Of a stretch of 32,000 nt of DNA, positions 17,520 through 26,929 are shown piece by piece. Origin of the DNA: Erysipelotrichaceae bacterium MTC7 (GTDB lineage: Bacteria; Bacillota_I; Bacilli_A; Erysipelotrichales; Erysipelotrichaceae); contig LVZN01000001.1 of the NCBI GenBank assembly GCA_001695645.1, positions 90,001 to 122,000 on the forward strand, read 5' to 3'. The translations under genes were made by a program, and so were the position numbers. The notes under the pieces were generated by a model. That model had not been told where the DNA came from. It saw nothing but the letters and a program-made list of their open reading frames with translations, and did no database searches. Every line of letters begins with the position of its first letter. Position 1 is the stretch's first letter.

Positions 17520-18201
17520 GGTTAATATAGCCACCCTTCATCATGTCGGCAACGATGTACCCTTCTTCAAGTGCAATCGTCCGTTTCTTAAATGTATCAA
17601 CAAGTTGTTGATCATGGGTAACCATAACAATGGTTGTTTTTTCTTCTTCATTGATGCGTTCTAGCAAACGCATAATTTCGCTTGATTTCTCAGGGTCTAA
17701 GTTTCCCGTTGGCTCATCAGCCACCAATACTTTTGGTCGGTTCGCAATGGCACGACCAATGGTTGCTCTTTGTTGTTGCCCACCACTTAGTTCACGCGGA
17801 AAACAACGCCCTTTATCTTCCAAATCGACAAGCTGTAATACTTCACGTACACGCTTACGAATGTCATGTTTGTTTTCACCGATGGCTTCCATTGCAAAGG
17901 CAATGTTTTCAAATACGGTTAAGTTTGGCAACAAGCGGAAGTCTTGGAAGACAACCCCAATGTTACGACGGTAGTAAGGAACTTTTTTAAACTTCAACTT
18001 CCCAACATTTGTATTTACAACCGTGACCGTTCCTTGATCAGGAACTTCTTCGCCGTCAATTAATTTTATAAATGTAGATTTTCCTGAACCCGTTGGTCCA
18101 ATCAAATATACAAACTCACCTTCAGCAATGTGAAGGGTCATATTTTTTATCGCATGTACCCCGTTCGGGTACGTTTTTGATACGCCCACAAAATCGATCA
18201 T
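17512..18201 (-). CDS. ftsE: Cell-division ABC ATPase FtsE
   Basis: Walker A GPTGSGKST, signature LSGGQQQR, Walker B LVADEPTG. 229 aa, immediately upstream of ftsX. Confidence 0.93.
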   Translation of the reverse strand: MIDFVGVSKTYPNGVHAIKNMTLHIAEGEFVYLIGPTGSGKSTFIKLIDGEEVPDQGTVTVVNTNVGKLKFKKVPYYRRNIGVVFQDFRLLPNLTVFENIAFAMEAIGENKHDIRKRVREVLQLVDLEDKGRCFPRELSGGQQQRATIGRAIANRPKVLVADEPTGNLDPEKSSEIMRLLERINEEEKTTIVMVTHDQQLVDTFKKRTIALEEGYIVADMMKGGYINHE

Positions 18202-18336
18202 TGTTGCTCTCCTATCTCACCCTACTTTACGCAGGAATGTTTCCTTATCCTTTTATTTTATCACTTTCTGCTACAGATGGAGCACTTTTCGCATGCTTGT
18301 TGCAATTTTTTACGCCATTGCATCCGTCTCTTTAGG

Positions 18337-19188
18337 TTACTCATTGTACGTAAACCCTTCTCCATGAACCTCATTGACATTATGCACAATCATAAATGCG
18401 GTTGGATCTACATGTTCAACAATACGCGTTAACAATGGTAGTTGCTTTTTCAAGATAACAACCATAACCATCGGTCTTTCATCTCTTGTATAAGCACCCT
18501 TTGCATTCACAATGGTTGCCCCGCGATCCAACTGTTCATAAATCTGTACGATAATCGCATCCATTTGTTGTGAAATAATCATGACGTTTTGAGCTTCTGC
18601 CATACCAAACAGCATTGATTTTTCAACCATACGACTGCTGACATAGACAGAAATCAAACCAATTAATGCAGGTTCAATTCCGTGAATCGACATCCCCAAC
18701 AATACCGTTAGGGCATCCGTAACCAGGACCAATCGCGCAACAGGGATGTGCGTGTATTTATGAATGATGAGTGGTGGAATATCCATACCACCAGTTGATG
18801 CACCTGTCCGAAAGACAAACCCAAGTCCACCACCAACAAAGACTCCTGCATAAATCGATGCAAGTAACGGTTCGCTAGTAATGGTGAAATCTGCAGCGAC
18901 AAGTCCAAATAGGTGTACAAGCACTGGATACAAAATACTTGAAAAAGCTGATTTGATCATAAAGTTTCGTCCTAGAAACAAACCACCGACTAAAAAAAGA
19001 CCAATCGTTAACACGGTAATGATGTCAGTTACACTTATCGGGAGAAGTGGTGCAATCGCAACCGCAATCCCGGCAACCCCACCAGAAAGTATGTCATTAG
19101 GTACAATAAAGAAAGCAACACCAATTGCCAACAATATATTCCCTAACAGCATAAAGCCAATGTCATTGATGATCTCTCTTTTATCCAT
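18337..19188 (-). CDS. YitT-family membrane protein (C-terminal DUF2179-type domain)
   Basis: 283 aa with 5-6 TM segments carrying GG..G motifs, then a soluble tail ending in VNEVHGEGF. Confidence 0.75.
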   Translation of the reverse strand: MDKREIINDIGFMLLGNILLAIGVAFFIVPNDILSGGVAGIAVAIAPLLPISVTDIITVLTIGLFLVGGLFLGRNFMIKSAFSSILYPVLVHLFGLVAADFTITSEPLLASIYAGVFVGGGLGFVFRTGASTGGMDIPPLIIHKYTHIPVARLVLVTDALTVLLGMSIHGIEPALIGLISVYVSSRMVEKSMLFGMAEAQNVMIISQQMDAIIVQIYEQLDRGATIVNAKGAYTRDERPMVMVVILKKQLPLLTRIVEHVDPTAFMIVHNVNEVHGEGFTYNE

Positions 19189-19195
19189 AATTCTC

Positions 19196-20297
19196 CTATT
19201 TTACAAGTGATTTTAAATATGCAAAGACAAATTCGTCAAGTTTGCCGTCCATTACACCTTGAACATCTGTTGTTTCATAGTTGGTCCGGTTGTCTTTTAC
19301 TAGTTTATACGGTTGAAATACATAGGAACGTATTTGACTTCCCCACTCAATGAGTTTGGTTTCACCTTTAATCTCTGCCATTTTTTGGATATGCGCTTCC
19401 ACTTCTCTTTGGTATAGCTTACTTTTAAGTAGTAGTAAGGCTTGATCCTTATTGTCATGTTGACTTCGGCCGCTTTGGCATTTCACGCTAATTCCACTTG
19501 GTACGTGGGTGATGCGAACTGCCGAATCGGTCTTGTTGACATGTTGTCCACCAGCTCCACTTGAGCGCATGGTTTCGACTTCTAAATCCTTGTCATCAAG
19601 GATAATTTCTACTTTGTCACTAAACTCCGGAATGACATCCACACTTGCAAAAGACGTGTGTCGACGTCCTCCTGAATCAAAAGGTGAAATGCGCACCAAG
19701 CGATGCACACCTTTTTCACTCTTTAAATATCCATATGCCATTGGACCTTCCACACGAACTGTCACACTTTTAATACCTGCAACATCGCCAGGAAGATAAT
19801 CCATGACTTCCAATTTAAAACCTTTGCTTTGTGCATACTTCGTATACATGCGATAAAGCATTTCTGCCCAGTCACACGATTCGGTACCACCAGCACCTGG
19901 ATGCAATTCAAGAATACAACTGCTTTGGTCGTATTCACTTGATAACAGTACGCGGATTTCAAAGTTCTCTAGTTCTTTTTCAAAACTATCGTATTCCAGT
20001 TCAAACATTTCATGCATTTCTGGATCTTCTTCCACTTTCAACATCTCATAAATTTCAAATAAGTTGTTGTATGCCTGTTGTAGGGTTTCACTACCATCCA
20101 CATAATCTTTTAAGACATTTAATTCTGCAACATTTGCTTGTGCACTTTTGTGATCATCCCAAAATCCCGGTTCACTTTGTGCTTGTTCCAAAACTTCAAT
20201 TCTTTGTTTTTTACTAGCTAGGTCAAAGAGAGTCGATAAGCTGAACTAGCTTATCACTGTCTTGCTCTAGATGTTGTTTAATTTCGTATAATTCCAT
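19196..20297 (-). CDS. prfB: Peptide chain release factor 2, expressed via programmed +1 frameshift: join(20226..20297, 19196..20224) on the minus strand
   Basis: Frame 0 gives MELYEIKQHLEQDSDKLVQLIDSL then TGA within CTT TGA C (20222-20228). The +1 frame continues DLASKKQRIEVLEQAQSEPGFWDD... into track ORF 19196..20191, which contains SPF and GGQ (SGAGGQHVNKT). Total 366 aa. Confidence 0.93.
20222..20255 (-). promoter_or_regulatory. prfB recoding site CUU UGA C with an upstream perfect hairpin
   Basis: GAUAAGCU-AGUUC-AGCUUAUC (20235-20255), then 6 nt (GACUCU), then CUU UGA C (20222-20228). Confidence 0.8.
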
Positions 20298-20302
20298 AAA
20301 CG

Positions 20303-22636
20303 CTACGCTTCTTTACGTTCAATGCGAATACGAATTGCAAAGAATACAATTTCACGAGCGATATTTTGTGACATGTCATCAAACATTTCGAACCCTTCTT
20401 GCACGTATTGTTGCAATGGGTTACTTTGGGCAAAACTACGAAGGTGAATTCCATCACGTAGTTTACTCATCGTATCGATGTGTTCAATCCAGTTGCGGTC
20501 AATGGTACGTAGTACAACATTACGTTCAAATTGCGTATATTGTTCACGAATACCTTCAAGTTTTGAATCGTAGAAGTTCCACGCAAAATCCAACGCTTTG
20601 GTTTTCACTTCTTCAGGTTCTAAACCAAAGAATAAATCTTCTTTGATCGTACCTTCTTCAAAACCAAGCACTTCAAATGCATTGACTAAACTTTTTGCAT
20701 CCACATCACCACTTTGTGAAATGTTTGCATCAACCATGTTATTTGTTACACGTTCGAACATTTCTTTCACAATGTCATGTACATCTTCATTTTCTAATAT
20801 ATGGTTACGTAAATCATAAATAATTTCACGTTGTTGACGAAGTACATCATCGTAATCCAACAATTGTTTACGTACGTCGTAGTTTTGACCTTCGACACGT
20901 TTTTGCGCATTTCCAATGGCTTTACTTACCATTTTTGATTCAATTGGTGCACCATCCAGCGAAGAGAATGCCTTATTCAACAATCCTTCTTGTCCAAAAC
21001 GAACCATCAAGGTATCTTGAAGCGATACATAGAAACGTGAGAACCCAGGGTCCCCTTGACGTCCTGAACGTCCACGAAGTTGGTTATCGATACGACGTGA
21101 TTCATGTCGCTCACTACCAAGCACCGCAAGTCCACCCAACGCTTTACTTTCATCAGATAACTTAATATCGGTACCACGTCCTGCCATGTTGGTTGCAATT
21201 GTAACGGCTCCAACTTGACCAGCTTTCATAATAATGTCCGCTTCACGTTCGTGGTTTTTCGCATTCAACACCTCATGTTTGATACGTTCGCGTTTCAACA
21301 TTTGGCTAATGTGTTCAGATACTTCAACCGAAATTGTACCAACCAATACTGGTTGTCCTTTTTCATGAAGCATTTTCGCCTCTTCAACCAAGGCTAAAAA
21401 TTTGTATTCCGATGTTTCGAAAATTGCATCTGGGTAATCAATTCTTGCAACCGGGCGGTTTGTTGGAATTTCCACAACACGCATGTTGTAGATTTCCAAG
21501 AATTCTTCTTCTTCGGTTTTTGCCGTTCCGGTCATCCCGCATAGTTTGTCATATAGACGGAAGAAGTTTTGGTACGTAATGGTTGCTAACGTACTTGTTT
21601 CTTCTTTAATTTTTACGCCTTCTTTTGCTTCAATGGCTTGGTGCAACCCATCTGAATATGCACGACCTTTCATCAAACGACCCGTAAATTGGTCAACGAT
21701 GACAATTTCATCACCTTCAACAACATATTCCACATCGCGCATCATGATGTAGTTTGCACGAAGTGCCATCGTAATGTGGTGTACCAATTGTGTGTGTTCC
21801 ACATCGTAAAGGTTTTTAACTTTGAAGTTTTTCTCAGCACGTGAAACTCCGCTTTCCGTCAAACGGACTTGGCGTGTTTTTTCATCTACTTCATAGTCAC
21901 TTGGTTTTAACATTTTTGCAAAGTAGTCTGCATTTTGGTAAAGGTTCGCTGTTTTCTTAGCACCACCTGAAATGATTAACGGTGTTCTTGATTCATCAAT
22001 TAGAATGGAATCGACCTCATCAACAAGTGCTGTATGCAAACCACGCATAACGCGGTCTTTTACATCCGTCACCATGTTATCTCTTAGATAATCAAATCCA
22101 AGTTCTGAGTTTGTTGTATACATAATGTCACATGCATAGGCTGCACGTTTTTCACTAGGTGTTAAGGCACGCATATTGGCACCAACACTTAATCCTAGAA
22201 ATTCATAAATTTGACCCATCCACTCAGCATCACGACTAGCAAGGTATTCGTTGACAGTTACAACGTGAACGCCTTTGCCAGAAAGTGCATTTAAATAGAC
22301 AGCCATTGTTGAGGTTAAGGTTTTCCCTTCCCCTGTTTTCATTTCGGCGATGTCTCCATTATGCATAACAATCGCACCCATGATTTGGACTAGATATGGG
22401 AATTCACCAATTACCCGTTTTGCTGCTTCACGGCTTACCGCAAATGCTTCAACTAATATATCATCAAGTGTTTCGCCACTTTGTACTCTTTCTTTAAATT
22501 CTGCTGTTTTTTCACGTAAAGCATCATCACTTAACGCTTCCATTTGTGATGCCAATGCATCAACTTTTTTAGCAGTTTCTTCAATTTGTTTGAGGCGTCC
22601 AGTTTCCCCACCAAACAGTTTGTTTAAAATACCCAT
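20303..22636 (-). CDS. secA: Preprotein translocase ATPase SecA
   Basis: MGILNKLFGG start with GGAGG 8 nt upstream, MKTGEGKTL Walker A, DEVDSILIDE, TNMAGRGTDI. 777 aa ending RIRIERKEA, so it lacks the Cys/His zinc-binding C-terminal tail. Confidence 0.95.
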   Translation of the reverse strand: MGILNKLFGGETGRLKQIEETAKKVDALASQMEALSDDALREKTAEFKERVQSGETLDDILVEAFAVSREAAKRVIGEFPYLVQIMGAIVMHNGDIAEMKTGEGKTLTSTMAVYLNALSGKGVHVVTVNEYLASRDAEWMGQIYEFLGLSVGANMRALTPSEKRAAYACDIMYTTNSELGFDYLRDNMVTDVKDRVMRGLHTALVDEVDSILIDESRTPLIISGGAKKTANLYQNADYFAKMLKPSDYEVDEKTRQVRLTESGVSRAEKNFKVKNLYDVEHTQLVHHITMALRANYIMMRDVEYVVEGDEIVIVDQFTGRLMKGRAYSDGLHQAIEAKEGVKIKEETSTLATITYQNFFRLYDKLCGMTGTAKTEEEEFLEIYNMRVVEIPTNRPVARIDYPDAIFETSEYKFLALVEEAKMLHEKGQPVLVGTISVEVSEHISQMLKRERIKHEVLNAKNHEREADIIMKAGQVGAVTIATNMAGRGTDIKLSDESKALGGLAVLGSERHESRRIDNQLRGRSGRQGDPGFSRFYVSLQDTLMVRFGQEGLLNKAFSSLDGAPIESKMVSKAIGNAQKRVEGQNYDVRKQLLDYDDVLRQQREIIYDLRNHILENEDVHDIVKEMFERVTNNMVDANISQSGDVDAKSLVNAFEVLGFEEGTIKEDLFFGLEPEEVKTKALDFAWNFYDSKLEGIREQYTQFERNVVLRTIDRNWIEHIDTMSKLRDGIHLRSFAQSNPLQQYVQEGFEMFDDMSQNIAREIVFFAIRIRIERKEA

Positions 22637-22685
22637 TGTATATACCTCCATACCTAAAATATTATACCTTATTTAAAGCCTAGAT

Positions 22686-22719
22686 ACAAAACAAAGAGAA
22701 GGAATTTACATTCCTTCTC
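22686..22719 (-). terminator. Rho-independent terminator after the cold-shock gene
   Basis: GAGAAGGAAU-GUAA-AUUCCUUCUC (10 bp, perfect) followed by UUUGUUUUG. Confidence 0.85.
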
Positions 22720-22729
22720 CCGATGTTTT

Positions 22730-22930
22730 TTAAGCTATAACTTTAATGTCTTGTGCTTGCAAACCACGATCTGTTTCGATCATGTCAAATTCGACTTCTG
22801 TATCTGGATCAATTGTTTTAAAACCATCCATAACAAGTTGAGAATAATGGAAGAATACATCTTTACCATCTTCAATTGTAATGAAACCGAATCCCTTTTC
22901 AGGGTTAAACATTTTGATTTTTCCTTGCAT
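22730..22930 (-). CDS. Cold-shock protein (CspA family)
   Basis: MQGKIKMFNPEKGFGFI (RNP1) and DVFFHYS (RNP2). 66 aa from the ATG at 22928-22930; the track starts 3 codons earlier at a TTG. Confidence 0.92.
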   Translation of the reverse strand: MQGKIKMFNPEKGFGFITIEDGKDVFFHYSQLVMDGFKTIDPDTEVEFDMIETDRGLQAQDIKVIA

Positions 22931-22978
22931 TACGATCAATACTCCCTTACCTTTCTATGTAGCATTCCACATATCTTT

Positions 22979-23007
22979 ATTGTACACGCTTACTTTAAAA
23001 AAGACAA
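22979..23007 (-). promoter_or_regulatory. Candidate promoter for the csp gene
   Basis: Minus strand reads TTGTCT (23002-23007), 17 nt, TACAAT (22979-22984). Confidence 0.4.
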
Positions 23008-23163
23008 TTGTAAAAAATACGTACGATCAACTGTTTTTCAGCTATTGCTAACCACAAAATCCGTGTACATGATAACACAGGAAATGTATATTATTTACCT
23101 CCTTTTTTATACATATTTTTTGTCAAACAAAGACTGTCTAACTGTATATCTTTTTTCGTTTCG

Positions 23164-23172
23164 TGTTACAAT
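23164..23172 (+). promoter_or_regulatory. Extended -10 element upstream of the MscS-family gene
   Basis: TGtTACAAT about 25 nt upstream of the ATG at 23198. The -35 is weak. Confidence 0.4.
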
Positions 23173-23197
23173 AGATAAAACTTATGGAGGTAGTGAT

Positions 23198-24067
23198 ATG
23201 TTATTAACAACAACTGAACTTACAGAAACAAGCATCTTTGAATTTGGTGATAACATTCTTGTGGATGGCCTATTACCAAGTTTGATTGTTCTGCTAGTCT
23301 TTGGTCTGATTTTCTATTTCGGTTATGCAACCATCAACCGTTTTATGAAACGTAAGGGGCTAATTAATGCCAAAAGTATTTCAAACATCGTTCGGGGCAT
23401 ATTGATTATTGTGTGGATTATCATTTTATTGTCGAGATTTGTCATCTTTGCAGGTGTCGCTAAAGGGATTCTAGCAAGTTCTTCTATCATTGCCCTCGTT
23501 GTCGGGATTGCAGCACAGGATACGCTTGGTAATTTATTCTCCGGTATCATGGTTATCATTGCACGTCCATTTATGGTTGGCGATTTAATTAAACTCAATC
23601 AAGATCAATTGATTGGTTATGTCGAACAAATCACTTTACGACACACCATCATTCGTACCTACGAAAATAACCGTATCATCGTGCCAAACAATTGGATCAA
23701 TCAAGCGGTCATTGAGAACGCCAATTATGTTACAAGTGTAAAATCCAACTATTTTGAAGTAACGGTTACCTACACTTCGGATGTTGATAAAGCTGTCAAC
23801 ATCATGCAACAAGTGTGTATGGCACATCCTGATTTTATTGATAATCGTTCCCACGCAGAAGTACAGGCAAACATTCCACCAATTGTCATTCGTTGCACCA
23901 ACTTTAAAGACACGGGAATGGTTTTACGTGCCGAAATCTTTTCTGAAGATTCCATTTCAGGATTTCACATGCTAAGTGATTTGCGTTTTCAACTGAAGCA
24001 AGCATTTGATGCAAATGGAATTCAATTTGCTTACAACCATACCTATGTAGACCCAAAAGAAAAATGA
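23198..24067 (+). CDS. Small-conductance mechanosensitive channel (MscS family)
   Basis: GGAGGTAGTGAT-ATG at 23198. 289 aa with 3 TM helices then GDLIKL...GYVEQITLRHTIIRTYENNRIIVPNNWINQAVIEN. The 149 upstream codons of track ORF 22751..24067 are antisense to csp and AT-rich junk. Confidence 0.88.
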   Translation: MLLTTTELTETSIFEFGDNILVDGLLPSLIVLLVFGLIFYFGYATINRFMKRKGLINAKSISNIVRGILIIVWIIILLSRFVIFAGVAKGILASSSIIALVVGIAAQDTLGNLFSGIMVIIARPFMVGDLIKLNQDQLIGYVEQITLRHTIIRTYENNRIIVPNNWINQAVIENANYVTSVKSNYFEVTVTYTSDVDKAVNIMQQVCMAHPDFIDNRSHAEVQANIPPIVIRCTNFKDTGMVLRAEIFSEDSISGFHMLSDLRFQLKQAFDANGIQFAYNHTYVDPKEK

Positions 24068-24087
24068 GCAAACGCTCATTTTTTTTA
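24061..24087 (+). terminator. Terminator after the MscS gene (usable in both directions)
   Basis: ATGAGC-AAAC-GCTCAT followed by T9, with an A run on the other side. Confidence 0.75.
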
Positions 24088-25008
24088 GAATAATAGAAAA
24101 ATAAACAAAGGGATACTCACTACGGAGATTAACGTAGTCAAAGATATCGTTCGTGAAGCCACACTTGTATCCACATCGTATTCCATCCCTAACATAAGTG
24201 CCATGGAAGCAGAAGGCAGCATGAAAGAAAAAACAAACAATTCTTGTAGGAATACGGAGATATCAAGAAAATGAACAATTCCAAATCCCAACAATGGGAA
24301 TAGAATCATTTTGACAAAAACCGCTTTCAATAAAGCAAATGTCTCCTTATTTTTAGCAAACCCTTCAAACGATAAATTGGCGCCGACAATAATCATACTA
24401 AGTGGAACGGTTGCCCCACCCAATAGACCACATACATCAACAATAAAACTTGGTAGTTCTGCTTTGATAAAAAAGCAAACCAAGGCAACGATTGACAAGA
24501 TCACACCTGGAGTCATAAACATACGCAAGTATTCTTTAATTCTGAAACTGCGTTTTCCCTTATTCAACAAATAGACCCCGTATGTATAAATGAGAATGTT
24601 AAATGGTAAATGCATGATGGTAAACACAAAGACCGCATAACTTCCATACATAACTTCAAGTAAAGGGTATCCAATGAATGCCACATTGGCAAAGACAAGT
24701 AAAATTTGATACAAGGCTTTATCTTCATGGTTGTGTGCTGTTTTATGTGCAACAAACTTACTAATCAAAATAAAGACGACATAAAGCAAAATCCCAAGTA
24801 ATAAACTTTGAATGATTTCCGACTGACTAATTTTACTTGGTGTACTTGAAGAGTACAAAATCAGTGCTGGCATCATTACATTTGCAACAAGAAACGATGA
24901 TTGCTTCATCATCTCATTTCCTATGTGTCCTTTACGACGTAAATAAAAACCAATGATAATCAGCGAAAATAACTGAATCATTGTAGTTAGCAAAACAAAA
25001 AAATCCAT
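24085..25008 (-). CDS. AEC-family (auxin efflux carrier / malate-permease-like) transporter
   Basis: 307 aa, about 10 TM segments, with a two-lobed hydrophobic profile typical of the family. GAGGGAG RBS. Confidence 0.7.
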   Translation of the reverse strand: MDFFVLLTTMIQLFSLIIIGFYLRRKGHIGNEMMKQSSFLVANVMMPALILYSSSTPSKISQSEIIQSLLLGILLYVVFILISKFVAHKTAHNHEDKALYQILLVFANVAFIGYPLLEVMYGSYAVFVFTIMHLPFNILIYTYGVYLLNKGKRSFRIKEYLRMFMTPGVILSIVALVCFFIKAELPSFIVDVCGLLGGATVPLSMIIVGANLSFEGFAKNKETFALLKAVFVKMILFPLLGFGIVHFLDISVFLQELFVFSFMLPSASMALMLGMEYDVDTSVASRTISLTTLISVVSIPLFIFLLF

Positions 25009-25169
25009 GATATATCTCCCTCATTGTTACCTAGAAAAGCCAAGTAGCTATTATGCGTAGTATACGCCTTTTTTTTCGTCAACAAAAGGGTAAATTATAT
25101 AAATCAAAATGTAAACACTTCCATTATCTAAATATGGAAAGAACCATTTAGCCTAGGCATAAGCACTGT

Positions 25170-25829
25170 TCAAGCGAAGTTATCCTTAACTTTTGGTTTA
25201 CCAAGCGTAGTTTGATGCAATGCAACACAGAGTATTTTCAACTCATGTCCTTTCAGTAAATCTTGCATCGCCTTTAAGGTGTGACCACTGGTACAAACAT
25301 CATCAACTAACAAAATTTTATGAGGCAAAGACACATCATTTCTTGCAATGACCTTTGCCACATCTTTTCGTTTGCCTGCTACTTGTTTGTTTTGCTTATA
25401 ATCGAAGCGTTTAACAAAACCATGGACTTTTTTAAGTCGAATCTGTTCAAACATTTTTTCTAGGGGGACAAATCCACGTTCTTCTAGTTTTTCTTTACTG
25501 ATTGGAGCAAAGACAATTGTATAATCTTTATATGTTTTTTCAAGGTAATGTATAAATGGATCCAAAAACACTGGCGCAAGTGCAACATCAGCACCTTCTT
25601 TAAACGTGAACATCAAATCTTCGAAATAACTCGTGTATGCATACAAACTGTGCACCTTCATTCCCAACACATCAAAGACATCATCAACAATCGTGAAATA
25701 GCTTCGACATTTTCCACAAACACAATCATTGGAAAAATACTCAAAAATGCTTCGTTGATTCATGCGCGGCTCAAAACAAATTACACAATCTTCGCTTTTC
25801 TGTTCATCATAATGATTTCTTTTTGACAT
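25170..25829 (-). CDS. comFC: ComFC-type competence protein (phosphoribosyltransferase fold with N-terminal Cys cluster)
   Basis: CVIC...CVCGKC zinc-ribbon-like N-terminus and the PRT motif ILLVDDVCTSGHTL. Overlaps the comFA 3' end by 49 nt. Confidence 0.85.
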   Translation of the reverse strand: MSKRNHYDEQKSEDCVICFEPRMNQRSIFEYFSNDCVCGKCRSYFTIVDDVFDVLGMKVHSLYAYTSYFEDLMFTFKEGADVALAPVFLDPFIHYLEKTYKDYTIVFAPISKEKLEERGFVPLEKMFEQIRLKKVHGFVKRFDYKQNKQVAGKRKDVAKVIARNDVSLPHKILLVDDVCTSGHTLKAMQDLLKGHELKILCVALHQTTLGKPKVKDNFA

Positions 25830-26929
25830 GCTACAATCTCCTTTGTTTTCTCTTTACAAAATATATATGCAAACCCCGTCGGTGCATCAAACTTTCTACC
25901 AACACGCCCAACCATTTGGATAAGTGAGGCTTTTGTGTACACTTTATGCTCACCTGAAACAATGGCAACATTGACACCTTTAATCGTAATTCCTCGCTCA
26001 AGGATCGTCGTTGCAAATACAAGATTAAAGTCCCCGCGATTAAACGATTCCATCAATTCATCTTTTTGTTTTGTTTTTGAACTTATGGAACGACATCTAC
26101 ATATGTGTTTACACAGTTTTTCCATGCGTTCTACTTGGGTTATTTTTGGCATAAAAACAATCCATTTGCCTTTTTTAAACAAAACCAATAGTAAACTAAC
26201 AACCATTTGCATCGCGAATGGCAATCGGTACACTTTAGGGACGACAAGCGGTTGTTTATGTGGACGTTCAAAGACGGATACTTGACCCATATATCCATCT
26301 TTAACCTCTTGAAAGTGACTGGACTCAGGCGTCGCACTTAGCAACAATAACTTTCCACAACAAGCATTGTAGGCAAGTTGTTGCAACACATCGTTATTCG
26401 CAAAAGGAAAGGCATCCATTTCATCCAAAATCAACAAATCAAAACACTTATGGTAACGATACAATTGATGGGTGGTGCAAACAATGAGATCACCATCCAC
26501 AACGTTGGTATACCCACCACACACTTTAACAACATGAATATTTGGAAAGGCTTCGCTTAAACGCTTTGCGATTTCAATGACAACTTGGCGTCTTGCAATC
26601 GCATAACCAACCTTCTTCCCAGCAGCTAAATGTTGTTGAATCTGTACGAGTGTAATTTCGGTTTTACCAGCACCACAAGCAGCATAAACAAGAACCTTGT
26701 TGTGATGTTCATATAACAACTCCACCTTAGCAATTGCATCTTGTTGGACGCTAGTTAATTCGTAATCCAAGTGCATTTGCGTTTGGATTTTTGGTTTGTA
26801 CAGTGGTTTTTGCTGCAAGGTTTCATGTACATAAATCTTGCCAAAACGGATGCATTTGCGACAGTAAAAACCTTTGTAATCTTGATGAAAATAGCGTCGA
26901 TCTTCATTTCTACATCTTGGACATCTCAT
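25781..26929 (-). CDS. comFA: ComFA-type DEAD/DEAH-box helicase (DNA-uptake ATPase)
   Basis: N-terminal CPRC...CRKC zinc finger, Walker A ACGAGKTE, DEMD box, SATP, and helicase C-terminal motifs (TTILERGIT, QMVGRVGR). Confidence 0.85.
   Translation of the reverse strand: MRCPRCRNEDRRYFHQDYKGFYCRKCIRFGKIYVHETLQQKPLYKPKIQTQMHLDYELTSVQQDAIAKVELLYEHHNKVLVYAACGAGKTEITLVQIQQHLAAGKKVGYAIARRQVVIEIAKRLSEAFPNIHVVKVCGGYTNVVDGDLIVCTTHQLYRYHKCFDLLILDEMDAFPFANNDVLQQLAYNACCGKLLLLSATPESSHFQEVKDGYMGQVSVFERPHKQPLVVPKVYRLPFAMQMVVSLLLVLFKKGKWIVFMPKITQVERMEKLCKHICRCRSISSKTKQKDELMESFNRGDFNLVFATTILERGITIKGVNVAIVSGEHKVYTKASLIQMVGRVGRKFDAPTGFAYIFCKEKTKEIVACQKEIIMMNRKAKIV

Noticed and set aside
23097-23105. A strong SD-like AAAGGAGGT on the minus strand in the csp/MscS intergenic region, which suggests an unannotated small gene.
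   Set aside because: No ATG, GTG or TTG lies at a usable distance (the nearest ATG is about 27 nt away), and the downstream frame is short and closed.
22751-23197. The 149-codon N-terminal extension of the MscS ORF (track ORF 22751..24067).
   Set aside because: The extension runs antisense through the csp gene and its promoter and has junk-like composition. A strong GGAGG-ATG start at 23198 gives a normal 289-aa MscS protein.
25046-25071. A hairpin plus T8 on the + strand (GCGTA-GTA-TACGC-CTTTTTTTT) upstream of the AEC transporter gene, which might be an orphan terminator or small RNA end.
   Set aside because: The stem is only 5 bp, no + strand gene or promoter lies upstream, and the A/T run is equally explained as part of the AT-rich promoter region of the minus-strand transporter gene.
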